This document shows, one piece after another, positions 14,284 through 27,900 of a DNA stretch of 64,000 nt. The position numbers were made by a program, and so were the translations under genes. The notes beneath the pieces were generated by a model. It ran no database searches. It was not told where the DNA came from and saw nothing but the letters and a program-made list of their open reading frames with translations. The DNA is from Catajapyx aquilonaris (lineage: Eukaryota), in assembly GCA_000934665.2 (NCBI GenBank), contig KZ538492.1:1-64000 (forward strand), written 5' to 3'. Each line of letters starts with the position of its first letter. The stretch's first letter is position 1.

Positions 14284-17200
14284 GGTGATATTCTATATTA
14301 TGTTAATCTATACTTAGAGTATATAGGCTACTTTGGACAGGTCAGCCCAGAACATGTTTAATTTTCGTCACTAAAATCAGTGACTGGCAAGGACTATTAT
14401 TGCAACTGCTACCTAATTCCCATTTGAGATAATCTTAGGGCAATTATATACTCATATAAGTTATTGGAGATATTTTATCTCCTGCTGACACCTGAATTAA
14501 TTATAGTATTTATAGATCAATTGCGTCAATTTGCAAGAAAACTGAGTCCGAAAGCTCTTTTGCACCATCTTGTATTATTTCAAATAACTAGGAAAATATA
14601 ATTAACAGGCTGAGCCAATTCAGATTCACTCTCGTAGTTTCCCCATAATCAATCAGCGAATTAATCGGCAGCGCATAATAATCCTAACCAAAGGGTGTGA
14701 ATGGATAAATAACTATGTGCTGGAAGCTACCTATGGAGATTATATATTTATATCGCTGACACTTGCAGCGTGAAGCGTCGCAATTAAACACAATAGGGGT
14801 ATGATGGGGGGTCATGCACACATCAGCCCCGTATACAATGCATCCTATCTTCCAAACTTGATCATGGCCGCCTGCGAGATAAACATCAGCTCAGAAGCTT
14901 CCCCTCATCCGATTTCATCTAATGAATTATTGTATCCAGTGTGTAGCAAGCCTAATTATGCGCCTCTAATTCAGCGTGAACCCCCCTCCTATCCAGATAT
15001 TCACTGGAAGTCGATGGTATCAGAGGGCAGCAGCAAGGGTCAAGGGGGCACATAGAAGAAGGTGACGCTTCCGGCAGCCCTTACAGGTTGGCCGATTGTA
15101 TTGTATGGAGCTCGCAATATAAAAGGGCCGCCGGGGCTGCTAAAGGGGGAGGCTAAAGAGATTTCTGGTGGGCCTTGATCGCGCCTCTTGACGCGGACAT
15201 GGACTGTTGAAAGGAAGGACCCGGGGTGAAGGGGGGGGGGGGGTCACAAAATGCCTTTGCCGGCAGCAAGCAGGCCGGATGATGGCCTGTTTTCTCAGGC
15301 TGTTTAGTGCAGTAGCCAGCCGCCATATAACTGCCATTCCTGATTAAGCCCAGCTGGGATGCTGCAGTGGATGACCCCCCACCTAGTCAACACCTTCACA
15401 CGGAACACTGCTCTTTTCCAACACACGGGTGTTTAATTTGCATTCTGGAAGTGCGGATGACAACCATTTGCTTCACCTTAAATTAAAACATGGCTGCCCA
15501 TAGGAAGGCAGCAGTGTAATCTAACGGGACTTCCAAAAACAAATTATTGATTGGAGCTAGAAGGTTGAAACCCCTCCCACCCCCTAGTTGGTAGCCTCTA
15601 CCCGACTCCTAGAGCACGAACATGCAAAAACCAACAGCAGCTGCAACCTCCACAAAAGCCTGGATGGATGTTTGCTGCCGGGGACACACTCATAACTATG
15701 CGCGCTCACATGCCATCGGAGGAGGCCAAGAATGCATCTCGGACATACAATTAATTGGCGAGGAAAAGAGGAGGGGTGAGGAGTCCATGCAAATGAAACA
15801 GCTCCGTGTCAGAAGGGAATAAACGAGGACGATCCTTTTTTGGAGGCCAATCACGCCTCCAACCTTTGCCCCCTTCTTGGAGCAAGAAGCAAGCTGAGAT
15901 GATTCCCACTGATGCATCATGAGAAAAGGGTCAGAGTGCAAGAGTGGTCACCTTCAGAAAGGGCGTGCGAAGTGGCCCCCTTGCTTCCAGCACGTGAGGA
16001 GCGTTTGCACAACGGATTTGCCGTTTCCCTTGTGTTGACACAGGCTCTTCGCAAGACTAGGCGACAATCGGAACGGAGGGAATTGGGGTGTCGAAGCGGA
16101 AAATAAACACCTCATTTTGATCTAGTCCAACCGGGACTGTTTTCGCCATGGAGGGACAGCGTGACCTGGGTCGCACGACGGGGATTACCCGGGTTAGGAT
16201 GCTGTCACGTGGCCTAGTGTCCCGGTAATCCGGGTGCTAAGGGTTCGGAGAAGGACTGAAAGCCTATCATCATAAAATTAATATCTGAATGTTTTAAACT
16301 AATACAAAATCATGGATATCGATATGGTACTAATTTTGGCGATTCAGAGAATTTATTGTGGAAAATATTTGCAAAACTGGTGCATTATGGTTCATTTCTA
16401 ATTAATGTAGGATTTTTTTCTGGACATATTGCAAAATTGAGTGTTTTTAAATTTCCATCCATATATGAACCATATTTATGGAGTATCACTGATGGCGTAC
16501 ACTGAGGTCACCTATGACCAACCTTGGACGGAATGCCGAATCTGGAAGTGTTAATCACCGAACGACTCCCCCTACAATATTGGAAGGTCAGCAGAGGGCA
16601 GACGAGTCGCGGAGGACGTGCCTCACGCCACCCGACAGTGATTATGAGAATTAGCGCCTAGAAAGGGGGGGAATTACGCAGAATTAGTGGGCAACATCCA
16701 CTCACGTGGCCTCTTTGCAACATGCGAATCAGGAAAGGAACCCTGAAAAGAAGGAATAGAGCCGTCTCTGCAGAGTGAGATCCTTTCTGGGAGTGACGAG
16801 CGTGTTTGCACAGCACAAGCAGCTTTGGAAGGCGCCCATGAATACCAATGGAAAGCAGCTCTCCAAGAGAGAAGGAGGGCCGGCCTTAGTCCAAAGGCTG
16901 TTTACAGTGTTTATGTGCCGCCTTGTTGCAGCCAGATTTATCGCCGCGATAAAAGAGACAGAGAGGTTAGGGAAAGGGGATATGGGGGAGCAATTGAGGA
17001 AGGGAGGGCATTTTGAACAAGAAAGAGAGACCGGAAAAAAAATTTGAGAGAGAGGTCGCCAGGTTCTCATGGCATCAGCAGAAGAGTCCTTCGAAACGCT
17101 AGCTCCTTTTGAACCGGACCCTCTCTTCCCGCCCATTAGTCGCGCTCTTTTCAGCTTTCGTCAGTCTTTGGGGACCAGCACTCGGGAGAAAAGGGACTGC

Positions 17201-19630
17201 TGTCTGTGTGTGTGCGATAGGTCACATAATAGGACCGACAGAGACGCCTTGAAATTGAGCCTCAAGACAGTCTTGTCAAGGAGGGTTTTTGGCCCGGTGA
17301 GCCTAGAAGATAGGCCCTGTATAACCCGGTTGCACCAAATGGCGGCACTGCCCAAAGCGATTGGTGTGATTCCAGGATAGAAAGATTAGTTGCCCTAAGA
17401 GGTTAAACCTGACCTGTACCAAAGAATATGAAGAAAGCAGGATTACCGCCCACTTTCTTTGCTAATAATATTGGATCAAATCGGTAACTTTAACTGACCC
17501 TTTCAATATACTGCTAATATATGCACCAGTTGTATTGACACCATGCAAATAGCTGTTTCCTAGTTCCTACGAATATCAAGTGGCCGAACACACTTGGGCA
17601 AGTGCTGCTGGTGCACTATTTACTATATGTAAACCAATTAAGTCAGGTGTGGTATTAAATGTAGGCCCAGCTGATCAGCTATGCACACTCTACAGGCATG
17701 AACACGAATTAATTAGCCAATATAGCAGCAGCTGCGCCGATTTTGAAGGATTGGGTTTTACTCCATCATGCCTGGCCCACGATTAGTCTCTGAACACACT
17801 TGCATATATACGGGGCCGACTATAGTTGTCCGTCCGTCAGGGGGGCAACTAATCACACCGGATAATATTTCAGGGTGCAATTTAATTAGTGCGCAGCTCG
17901 GGGATTAGAAACAGTGTTGGCATAAAAAAAGGCCTGAGCCGGGGTCGATTTGCATGCTGCGCCTTTCCCCTTTTGCATACACTGGCCCTATGTAAATTGT
18001 GCGTAGGCTGGCATGATGGGGTGACGAGAAGGACCTTAGAAGGGGGTGCAAACACACAAGGGCTCCAAGCGCCCATTGTGAGTCCGCACTTGTTAATTAC
18101 CGCCAGGGCTGCCCCGCCACCCGGATTATGAGTCCTAATCCGTGCCCAATGCCTTTGGCCCCGTGCACGCGCTCTAATCGGACTTATTTGACCTCTGCCT
18201 ACATCTGCCTTCTCCCACCCATACATTTGCATGGCCTGCCAGAAGCTGCTGCAGCGGCTATTTTGAAACCTGGGCAATAAATATATGGGGGGCACGAGTC
18301 AATCCGGTGTGCAACAGCTTCCTGTTTGCTCCTTGGGTATAGCTGCTGGGGCTAAGAAAGAGCAGTCACCGCTGTCAGTCAGGGCAATGCATCAAAGGGG
18401 GGCGCCCTTCTCTCAGCTCGGGAGCTTGATGGTCGGCAACGACACTTATACAACTGCGGAGGCCAGGCAGACAGAGACAGACGGATGGATGCCTTGTTGC
18501 CACTGGACTTTGGGTCTAAAGTGGGGCCCTTGAGACCTTTGCCTCGCCATGACGCCATATATTTGGGGGCTCGTGCTTTGCCCACTTTGGAAGTGAGGAG
18601 CAATCTGGGGAAGTGGCGGCCCTCGTTGTTGTTGTTGTTGTCATATTGGGGAAAAGTGCTTGGTGTCAATTATAAGGGGCACTCTCAGAAATGATATTAA
18701 ACGTTTAAAGGGAAGGTATATACAATCACAAGTGTTGCTTTTTCTTTAAGCTTGGTGCTAGACTTGGTGATAGCACACTTTGCTCACTTTGTGCATTAAT
18801 CCTATAGATGCCCTTTTTCAACATTCCTGAATGCACACTTTTGGTGATTTGTAACTCCATCAATTAAAAAATAACGACACTATTTATTTATTCTTAATAG
18901 AACGTTGATGGCCTGGATGGAGTGGAAATTTTGAGCCAAGAAAATCGAATTTTGACCACTATTGGCTGAAAATGTTGCGATTTGTTGGCGTGGTGCCAAT
19001 CGTGCCATGCCAATCACATTCAAGCGACAGGGCGTAGAAACTCCGCACGAATTAACTAAGATCGGCATTAAATAATATTTTACAGAAAACCGATTAATAA
19101 CTGACCAGTGATTTGCACCACCTTCACCAAACGTGGGCTTAATTATTAATCCACAGGTATAGAGTATAGCCTATACGTTTAAAATGATATGGGAACTTTT
19201 TATCGCGTAGTTGGGTAGATTTAGACCTCTTCTTGAACTGGGGACATGGAGGGTTTGGCACCCTGTGTGTATATACGTTCAGAAATAATGGGCTGAAAAT
19301 TGCGGATAAGCACTGCTGCAACGAGTAAGTCTCAATCGCCATCGGTGAATGACAAGAGTGGCCCGAATCTGTTGGGATTTTTGTCGAGCTGTGTGCATAT
19401 GTCACAGCTGTAGGGCAAGTGTATATTAATCCGATTAGGGTGATTTAGCCGAATCCCTTTTCTTCCTTTCCCTTCTCCACAAATGATTTCCCCTTTTCTC
19501 CCAGGGCCTATTTTCCCAGGATTAACTCCAGGGTCTCCAATCACACCGTGTTTAGCAAAATGACAATCATTATTATGCCCCTATATATATCTGCCCACAT
19601 TTAACTGCTGGAGAACTAAAGTGTTGGAAC

Positions 19631-19861
19631 CTATAACACGCTATGCTGGCTATGCAGCATGATTCTGTGTATAGCAATCCCCTCATCTGATGAACCCAGG
19701 GCTTCGTATAGAAAATCAATGTGGTGCTTTTCCTGAGTGCTTAGATGCAGCAGTAGCAGCCCTTGCTTCCGAACATGGCCGCATGCAGCAAGCAGCTGAT
19801 CAATAGTCCCCACCAGGTCCCCACTAACTAACGAGCTTGCCGCCGCTTCCTCTCGCTGCTG
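19631..19861 (-). CDS. Bgb: Candidate terminal coding exon of Big brother/CBF-beta
   Basis: TTTTGCAG acceptor (tandem CAG CAG CAG), phase 0 like the exon-5 donor at 20879. Reads QQREEAAASSLVSGDLVGTIDQLLAACGHVRKQGLLLL...HSVL*, loosely resembling C-termini recalled from some insect Bgb isoforms. Weak polypyrimidine tract; needs transcript support. Confidence 0.45.
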   Translation of the reverse strand, partial: QQREEAAASSLVSGDLVGTIDQLLAACGHVRKQGLLLLHLSTQEKHHIDFLYEALGSSDEGIAIHRIMLHSQHSVL

Positions 19862-20878
19862 CTGCAAAATGGCTTCCTCTAATACTGCACATTCTGTACA
19901 TATTCCAAACAGGGCCTAGAATCGTGTTTAGCAGTTTCTAGCGTGTAGAGTTGTTTTTTATTTTGCATTGTTGCAGATTTATATTTCTTTGTCACCATAA
20001 TAGTTAGCTATATACAAAGGTACGCCACAAAAACAAAGTGCAGCGAACGATTCTTGAACAACTGTCACTATATGCAGTTTCTTTTCCATCTGAATGCAAT
20101 GAAAGGGTTGAATTGTCCTGCATAGCGACACATAATGCAGGTATGGCTCGTAATTTGGAAAGGAGGCGGAGAAAGAGCTGTTCATGGATGGACGGATGGA
20201 TGGCCGAGGAGTGGAAGGGGCAGCAGCAGTATGCAAATGAGAGGCCTTCTCTTTTGTCGGATGCTACTGCTGGGGCTCCTCCCCTTTTCCTATTCTGCAC
20301 TCTATAATTATATGGCCGACAACGAATGAGTGAGTTGGTGAGTGATGAGTGAGTGAGTGCGAGAGGAGGGGACAGCAAAGGAGGGCCAAGGTGGAAGTCA
20401 CGCCAGTACCAGTTTACTCTGGCCGGAGGAGGGTTGTGTCCATGTATGGCCCCCCTGGGAAGAAGGGCACAAAGGGGCCAAAAGCGGGGGCCAAAGGGGG
20501 GGCAGAGGAGGGCGGTATTCGCCCCTCCCCACCCTTGGGGCCTACGTCACTCACCCGTCACACTTTGACGCCCTAGGAAGAGATGCGTCTCTTTTGCTTT
20601 GCCTGGCGCCTTGTCCGTTGGCAGGACGCCTAACATTTAAAAGGCGTCCGTATGGTACTGTACCTAAGAAATCCCATGCCAAACCCACCCTGTACAAAAC
20701 GTCCTCAGTAAACTGATCAGTGAAGATTATTGCAGAGTAATAAACAATTACGGAATAATAGTGACTAAATCATATTCACATGAGGTGCAACGCTTAGGAC
20801 TTGTCTTATTAATTATATGTAAATTCTAATGACTTATGTGACTAAGAATAAGAGAGTTTTGCGCACCCATCCGCGTAC

Positions 20879-21905
20879 CTCGAGGTCGGCGGCAGCGGCG
20901 TCCAGCCTCTCCTGCTGCCCCCTGTAGGCGCGCTGCTTCTCCTCGAACTCGCGGAGACGCGCGTTGTAACGCTCGATCTGCTCGCGGAGAAGAGCCTCTT
21001 CGATCTGTATGGGTGGGGACGAAAGAGTCGTAATCAACATATGGCTGGATTTAGTGTTTGAATATGGCAGTGGGCGGGTACTGACCTGGGCCTTGTCCTC
21101 GTCGTACTCGAGACAACCCACTCCGTCCAACCTCTCCAGGTCGACCCAACCTCGCCATCGCACGCACACTCCGTTCATGATGAAGTGAGACTTCAGGTGG
21201 ACCTGAAACACAAGTCATGAATTTGAATTATTCGGCTGATTAACACAAGCCATGCATCAATATACGAATAAATCACTAGGCCTGTACTGATGGATATGGA
21301 CATCACTGCCGGTGTAGTATGTGCAATAGTATACTGTACATCTATAGGCCATCAAAAATGCACAAGATATACTGTACCGGTACGTATACATGGATTACTT
21401 TGGGCCGATTGTATCCGTACCTGTGTGCTTCATTACTGACGATTGTTTACCATAATTATTAAAAATAGAGACCATTAAAACATTATCGACTTTGATATAC
21501 GGCATAATTTCACATCAGATTGAACTCAATTTCTGGGATATAGTACGGCCTTACCTGTAATAAATTACGCAGGCTGCCCTTGCTTTTATAAGGGGAAGTG
21601 GGCGGGGAAAAGGCGTCAAGCCCCGTGAAACTTATGTTAATTATATGTGATGGCGGTATTACAACGTTCAGGGAGCGTTTAGAAATTTATGGTAGGTACT
21701 GTACAAGTTAATTCAGTTCACAATTTTTTGCATATACCGAGGAGTGTGTTTTTGGAATCAAATAGCTCGGTGAAGCACTTATCACGCGCAATGTGCAGCA
21801 CTGTACGAGTACAGTATATGGCAAAGATAATGAAGGAATAACGTTTTGTGGATCTCCTGAACTAAAGGACACAAAAATAATACTGAATGCACTACGAAAC
21901 TCAGA

Positions 21906-21994
<89 letters not shown>

Positions 21995-24900
21995 AGAAAT
22001 GCTAAACCAATATTTCCGTCAGAAAAGAAAACACCGTTGACATAAAATGAAAGTGCATGTACGGGAAGGCTGGTGCTCTGTATATTCTAAAAATATGAAC
22101 CTTTATACTATTTTATACTAGCCATTAAGAAATAATACCGTACTCAAAGCATGCGACTTGTTAAATATCTGGCTTATTTTTGCTCCTATTTACATACACA
22201 CAATTTCTACTATTGCTTACAATATAATATTACTCTGCGTCTTGAAGTTACATGTAACACACTGCATATTTTTTTTGAATTATTGTGCTCTTCTGCTCAG
22301 TCCACAATTGTGTGGAAAATGGCCCATGCTTCTACCTGAACTGTATTGAAATTTTGTAGACTCAGGCGGAACAACTCTGGCCGTGTCATAAAAGTATCAT
22401 CCGTAAATGCCGATACACAGTTATACACCCAATATGAGATTCTGGTCGGCTGTTCAGCGTCGTTACAATAATAGAATTTTATGAGCCCCGCGCTGCTGCC
22501 GGAGTCGAGGCAATTTTCTCCCCTGGCTGGAATATACGGTTTCAGCTGTATTGGCCTGGGTGCCTGCACAGCCTGTAACCTGACGGCGATGGCGGCGACG
22601 GCAATTGGCGAGGCAATATATTACGCCTGCTGGAGAGACCATGTCCCTGAAAAGTCCTCTCTTTTCCCTTTTTCCCTTCCTTCTTTTCTACCCGGTGGCC
22701 ATAAAGCAATGAATCAAGCAGTAAATCAGTCTGAGCCGATGCCGTTCGGGTTGCACACGGGATACATGTACACCAGGGTTCGGTGGCACCGCAGCGGGGT
22801 GCAATCCCTCCCAAGACATTTTCTGGGTGGGCATGCGGCTCTTGACTTTTACCAGCCACGGAAGGTTGCTCAATATTCTGACAGCTTAGTAAAATGTCAG
22901 GAAAATGTTTGTCGCCAAATACGCTCGTTGCATCCTGCCTCAAAATAATAATATTACATAACCTGTTTGTTGCGAAAAAAAATCCGTTCAGAGCAGATCT
23001 TCAAAATAAACTGAAAATGATCTGAACAGACCAAAGAAAAGTTCCAGACTGAACATTTCCCGCTATGCCCAGCAGGCTTTCTTCTAAGCAAGCCCCAGTG
23101 CTGTATAAACATTTTGGAAGATAAATACCCACTTTTTAGGCAATTGTTTTGATGCATCACGGAATCACTTTTTGTCATTAACGCATCCAGACAATGACAC
23201 ATTTGCATTGCAAGTGGTGTGTGTAATCGTGATATTCATAAAATTTTAACTTGCCAAAACTTTTCTTGCAAAGCGATCTATCGCAGAATAGTAAATTATT
23301 TTGTTCCGGTGCTGAAATTCCTAAAACTTCGAGAAAATGTTATAAAGGGTGTTCACAACGATTCAAACTTATGTATAGGGTAAAATCATGGACTCCGGAG
23401 GGCATCTTTTGGAATATTAAGGATTATATTATTCGTAAGAAAACTATAAGAATATGGCATACCGATAGGTAATAATATTGCCGTGTCAAACATGGCCACT
23501 GAGACGTCTCACAATCTTTATATGGACATAATCACATTTGGCCCAATCACTGCTTATATACTAAAATCGCTAAAAGAGCCTAACGGTCGCGGTCGGTCGG
23601 ATGAATGCAAATATAACAGATCCAGGCATTTTTGCGGCACGAAATTCGGATAAATGCAAAAATTATTGCACGACTGCACATTTTCCCACATCTCCAATGA
23701 AATCTGGCCTAAACACAAATGTCCGGAACTACACCCATTTCTCACGGAAAAATGAGATTTTCTCCTCCGATCTCCTCGGTGATTTGAATTACCACGCTTG
23801 GCAAATTTTGATGGAACTTGGGAGTGTCCGAAAGACGAAGAATCGGCGATGAACAGCATTCTTGCCTTGCTGGAGGAAGAAGGCATATATATAGACACAT
23901 TTTGCCTTATGTTGTCACAGTGTCCGCGAATAGTATAATATTATATATGCTAAATATCAAAAAGTGTACTGACTTCTCCCGGACTACTCCTTTGTCGGTA
24001 TTCGGTATACTCCATCTGTTCCTGTGTCGACTATATCCAATTATTCTCGACCAACAGCGGAGTCATAAGATTGAATACAGTATTCTTGATTTTGTCAGCG
24101 AAGTTATGTTGAATGCCGTTTCAACATATGTCACTAGCAGTTAACTCCTATAATATAGGTTATGCCAAATTAACTGCTGTGTCGTTGAAGTGCTACACCA
24201 AGAAGCCATTTGAATCATGGGATCATCAGAGACTTTGACGAACGATTAAGTGTGAGTCGGACAGCGTCGCGTCGGTGGCGACTCCTCATCAGACATTCAC
24301 CCCAAGAAATATACCAGGAACAAATCCCAACAAAATATAGCGGAAAATGCGCTAACAATATGGACTTGCAACTCTATATTTGATGCTAAGTACTTCCGTG
24401 AGAAAGTCAGTGTACAAAAAGTCAAGCATGGCACTCACGAGTCACACCCATTTGAATACATTTAAAACCCTTTCTTTATTCACATTACAATGACGCTTGG
24501 AAATCAGACCGTTTACGCCGGATCGTTGCATCGTCCGAATTAACACAAATCCACGGTTGAAACGAACGGGTTACTATGTTGTATACCCCCCAATGCACAA
24601 CCCGTATGTTACGTGTGGGAAAGAGGTGGGGGCGTATCGAATCCTGGTCTGCAAGGCCCCCGAGCCCCATTCACGCTCTTTTATAGCCCCAAATAAGGCA
24701 GCTTCGCAGAGTGCTTTACTACCCTTGCCGTACATATACCCTTTCGCCTGAATTCCTCCTACCAGACCTTTTCTACTCCGCCACCATTAGCCCCATTCTA
24801 TTTGTATTTCACCCTCATCTCGTCGCCTAGCTGCATGGGTGCCTACTTCTCCACGCTTAATTTAGGTCCGGATGGGCAAATTGTTTGATGGATGGAGTCG

Positions 24901-27900
24901 CGCCTGTTGTAATGGGGGGGTCAAAAGGACAGGCTTTTGGGGCAGGTCAGCCCAGACGAAGGCATCTGGGAGCATAATCCGCACGTGCTTGGCCCACACT
25001 GGAGTCAAGTGGTGGTCTTCGACCTCTGGCCATTTCCTCCCAAGGGGTCGTCCATCGGCGGAATGGGCTTGTTGGTTATTTGCTTTGCTTGTTTTCCGGC
25101 CCGTCGAGCACCGGCACTATGTGGCCCTTAATTGCCCCCGGGGTGCTGCCAGAGGGGCTGGAACCAGGAATAGGTTTCCTGCGTCCCCAGCCAGATTTTT
25201 AAGCATTGTTGCAGAGCAGTGGGCAAAAATGGCGTGAGATGAGCAGAATCTATCGAGTCATGGTGTACGGCAGCAGTTTCACGCCCGATTTCTGTTAGCC
25301 TTTGTCCCCTCTTTGACTGGACTTTGGCCGCCTTTTGGGACATTTTTTCCCCTTTCTTTATTTTCTCTCTTATCAATTTTCAGCTTTATGGCACAAAAGG
25401 GTTCCCCCGAAGGGAGGGAGGGTCCGAAAAAGGGGTGAGCTTTGTGCACCGCGTCACTCCAGATCAAAAGGCCCCGTTGGACCTTTGACACACAGGCAGG
25501 CAATGGAAGTAGGCAGCTACTACCGGGCGAAAAGGGGTTGCACATATGAAGGGGCAATCCAGCTGCAACACTAATCGCCAATGGACCATGACGACGACTT
25601 TTTGGTCATACCCTGGGTCCATCCAAGGCAGGTGCTCGCATCAACTGCCAACTGCTTTTTTTCTCCAAAATTGCTCTAATTCCCGAACGGCCCCAATGCC
25701 TAACAAAAGCGCGGATTTTAAAATTCATTAGGGGGGGAATTGGAGGGTTGGGTCGAAAAAGGGCAAGAATGGGCCCCCTGAGGATCAGCAAATAACAGCA
25801 AGTCCCTGCTGCTGTTTTATTAGGCGAAAGGGCATGAAAACGAATGTGAATCTGAATGATTGTCGGGCGTGCCTTTTGATAACACGGGCTCTCCCTGGAG
25901 CTGCCGGCCACTATCATTACTGCAATCAAGGCACCAGTTGGCTTGCATTCTGTTTGTTTTGTGTAGACTGCGCACCGCCAAGCCTTTTGGGATCAAGCAA
26001 CATGCGGTGGTTGCAAGTGGTAATCGGAAATACTTAGCGATGAAGACGTTCTGGGCGGAGACCCACCTTAAATTATTATCTGCAGCAGTAAATTGAACAT
26101 TAATGAATATTATCCTACAAAACGTGTCGGCGTCTTTTCGTGTTCACAGCAATTCTAGACCTGTTATACTCATTCCGATCCTTATCTACAGCAGGCAGGT
26201 GCATTTCCACGAGCCCATGGGGTAAGAAAGTGTGACGTGAGCCCAAAATGATTATAAGGCGAATATTTACATAGCAATTTAACAAGACCTGTCGCTGCAT
26301 ATTTTAATTGCTAATGTAATCTGCATCCAATAAAATTGGATATAGCGCACTTCATAATTGATTAGCATAAGTAACAAAAGAGTGAAAAAATAAGGTATTT
26401 GAAGACCTTTGCAAAATTCGAAGATGGTGCTCAGTGCAAACAGTGATAGTATTGATTAGCTTGGAAATGAAATTCCGTAATGAATAGAAGCCCATCCATC
26501 CATCCATCCAAGAAAAGCCCACCCAAAATCTCCCCTTCCTTTCCTTCCTTTACTCCTTCCCTTTTGATACAGGTCCCTTTTTGCTGATATATGCTATGAA
26601 TCCGGGGTTGAAAGGATCAGCAGGCAGTTGAGTAGCCGGATGAACACTCCAAATAGGCCCCAATGTGTAATAATAGGTGCTGCCATGAGGGGGTTTCACC
26701 TGGGCGGCTGCTGTAGGCGGACGGAAGGGAACACAAGGGAGGCAAGTGATGATGAATCGCTCCAATGAAGGGCAGGCCGGAGGGGGGTGCCTCAAAAGGC
26801 AGCATTTTGACCCCCATCCCCNNNNNNNNNNNCCCCCCCCCCCCCTCCTCTTCCCTAGGTCTCCTCTTCCCCGAGCGAACGAGCTTGTGTGCCCAATGAC
26901 CTCATGACACGGCAGCCACCTTTCTCTTTTTGTCAGGGGGGGGATCTCCATTCAATTAACGGCTCTGCGCCAGCGGATATTTAACTCGTTAGTTGTAAAT
27001 GGAGGAAGGAAGGCCAGGCAGGAAAAGTGGAGGAGGACGTACACACTGGCATGACAGACAAGGGGGGGACTGCCGGACCCCAGTTTGTTGATATGGAATA
27101 CAATATTATGCAATGATGGGGTAGATGGACGGACCAGAAGGGACCATAAAAAGGCTGTTTTTAAATGACATTTTTGTCATGTATATACTGCTAATAACAA
27201 TAAATTAATGTATTGCATATGTTGTACTATATCATAATGTCGGACAAAGTTGTTGGAAGCAGGAAAGAACATGTGAGCCGAAACATTCACATTATAGCAC
27301 CACTTACCCTCAGACAGTGACTGAGCATTGCTGATAGTAAGAGACAATTATTATCCAAATAGGCATACCCGCAATATATTACACCGTCAGGCGGTGTGTA
27401 ACTCCAGCACAATCCGGCGGCCAAAGAGTCGTGTGAACGTAACGCAGCCTGTCCGTGTCGGATCGCAGGCGCTCATGCACGACTCTGGACTGACTGGAGT
27501 AAATCGGCACCAAGGCCAAGTAGACGCAGCCAGCAGCCATCATCAAGTACACAAAAAGAAAAAGGATACATGTGTCCTGAGGCAATGCTGCCTATACCTG
27601 GGCAACTCCCGCAGACTCCTTTTCCCGCCCTGTAATCAGGTGTGGTACAGCAATCGCCAGGAGGCAACAATTCTCGACCACCCTCCTGCGTGCTTTTCCT
27701 TGCCTTGTTTGTCGTCTCATTTTCTTTACCGCACCGGGGGATGGCGGGGGGGAAGGTGGAGGGAAATAAATGTTGGACAAGCGCCGCTGCTCAGACCGCA
27801 AGACTATACGTGCGGCTTCCTTGGCCTTCTTCCTTCTTGTTGTTCACCTGCAAGCTGCTGGCTTTCCTTTTTTTCTCAGGAGTCTTTTATTCATCTGGTG

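Noticed and set aside
21708..22005. ORFs of (IY)n here and poly-I/poly-L ORFs at 41530-42037
   Set aside because: Translations of the (TA)n and (AAT)n microsatellites.
24250..24295. Minus-strand CTGATGAG followed by a GAGTCG/CGACTC stem (hammerhead-like)
   Set aside because: The conserved GAAA and stems I/III are missing.
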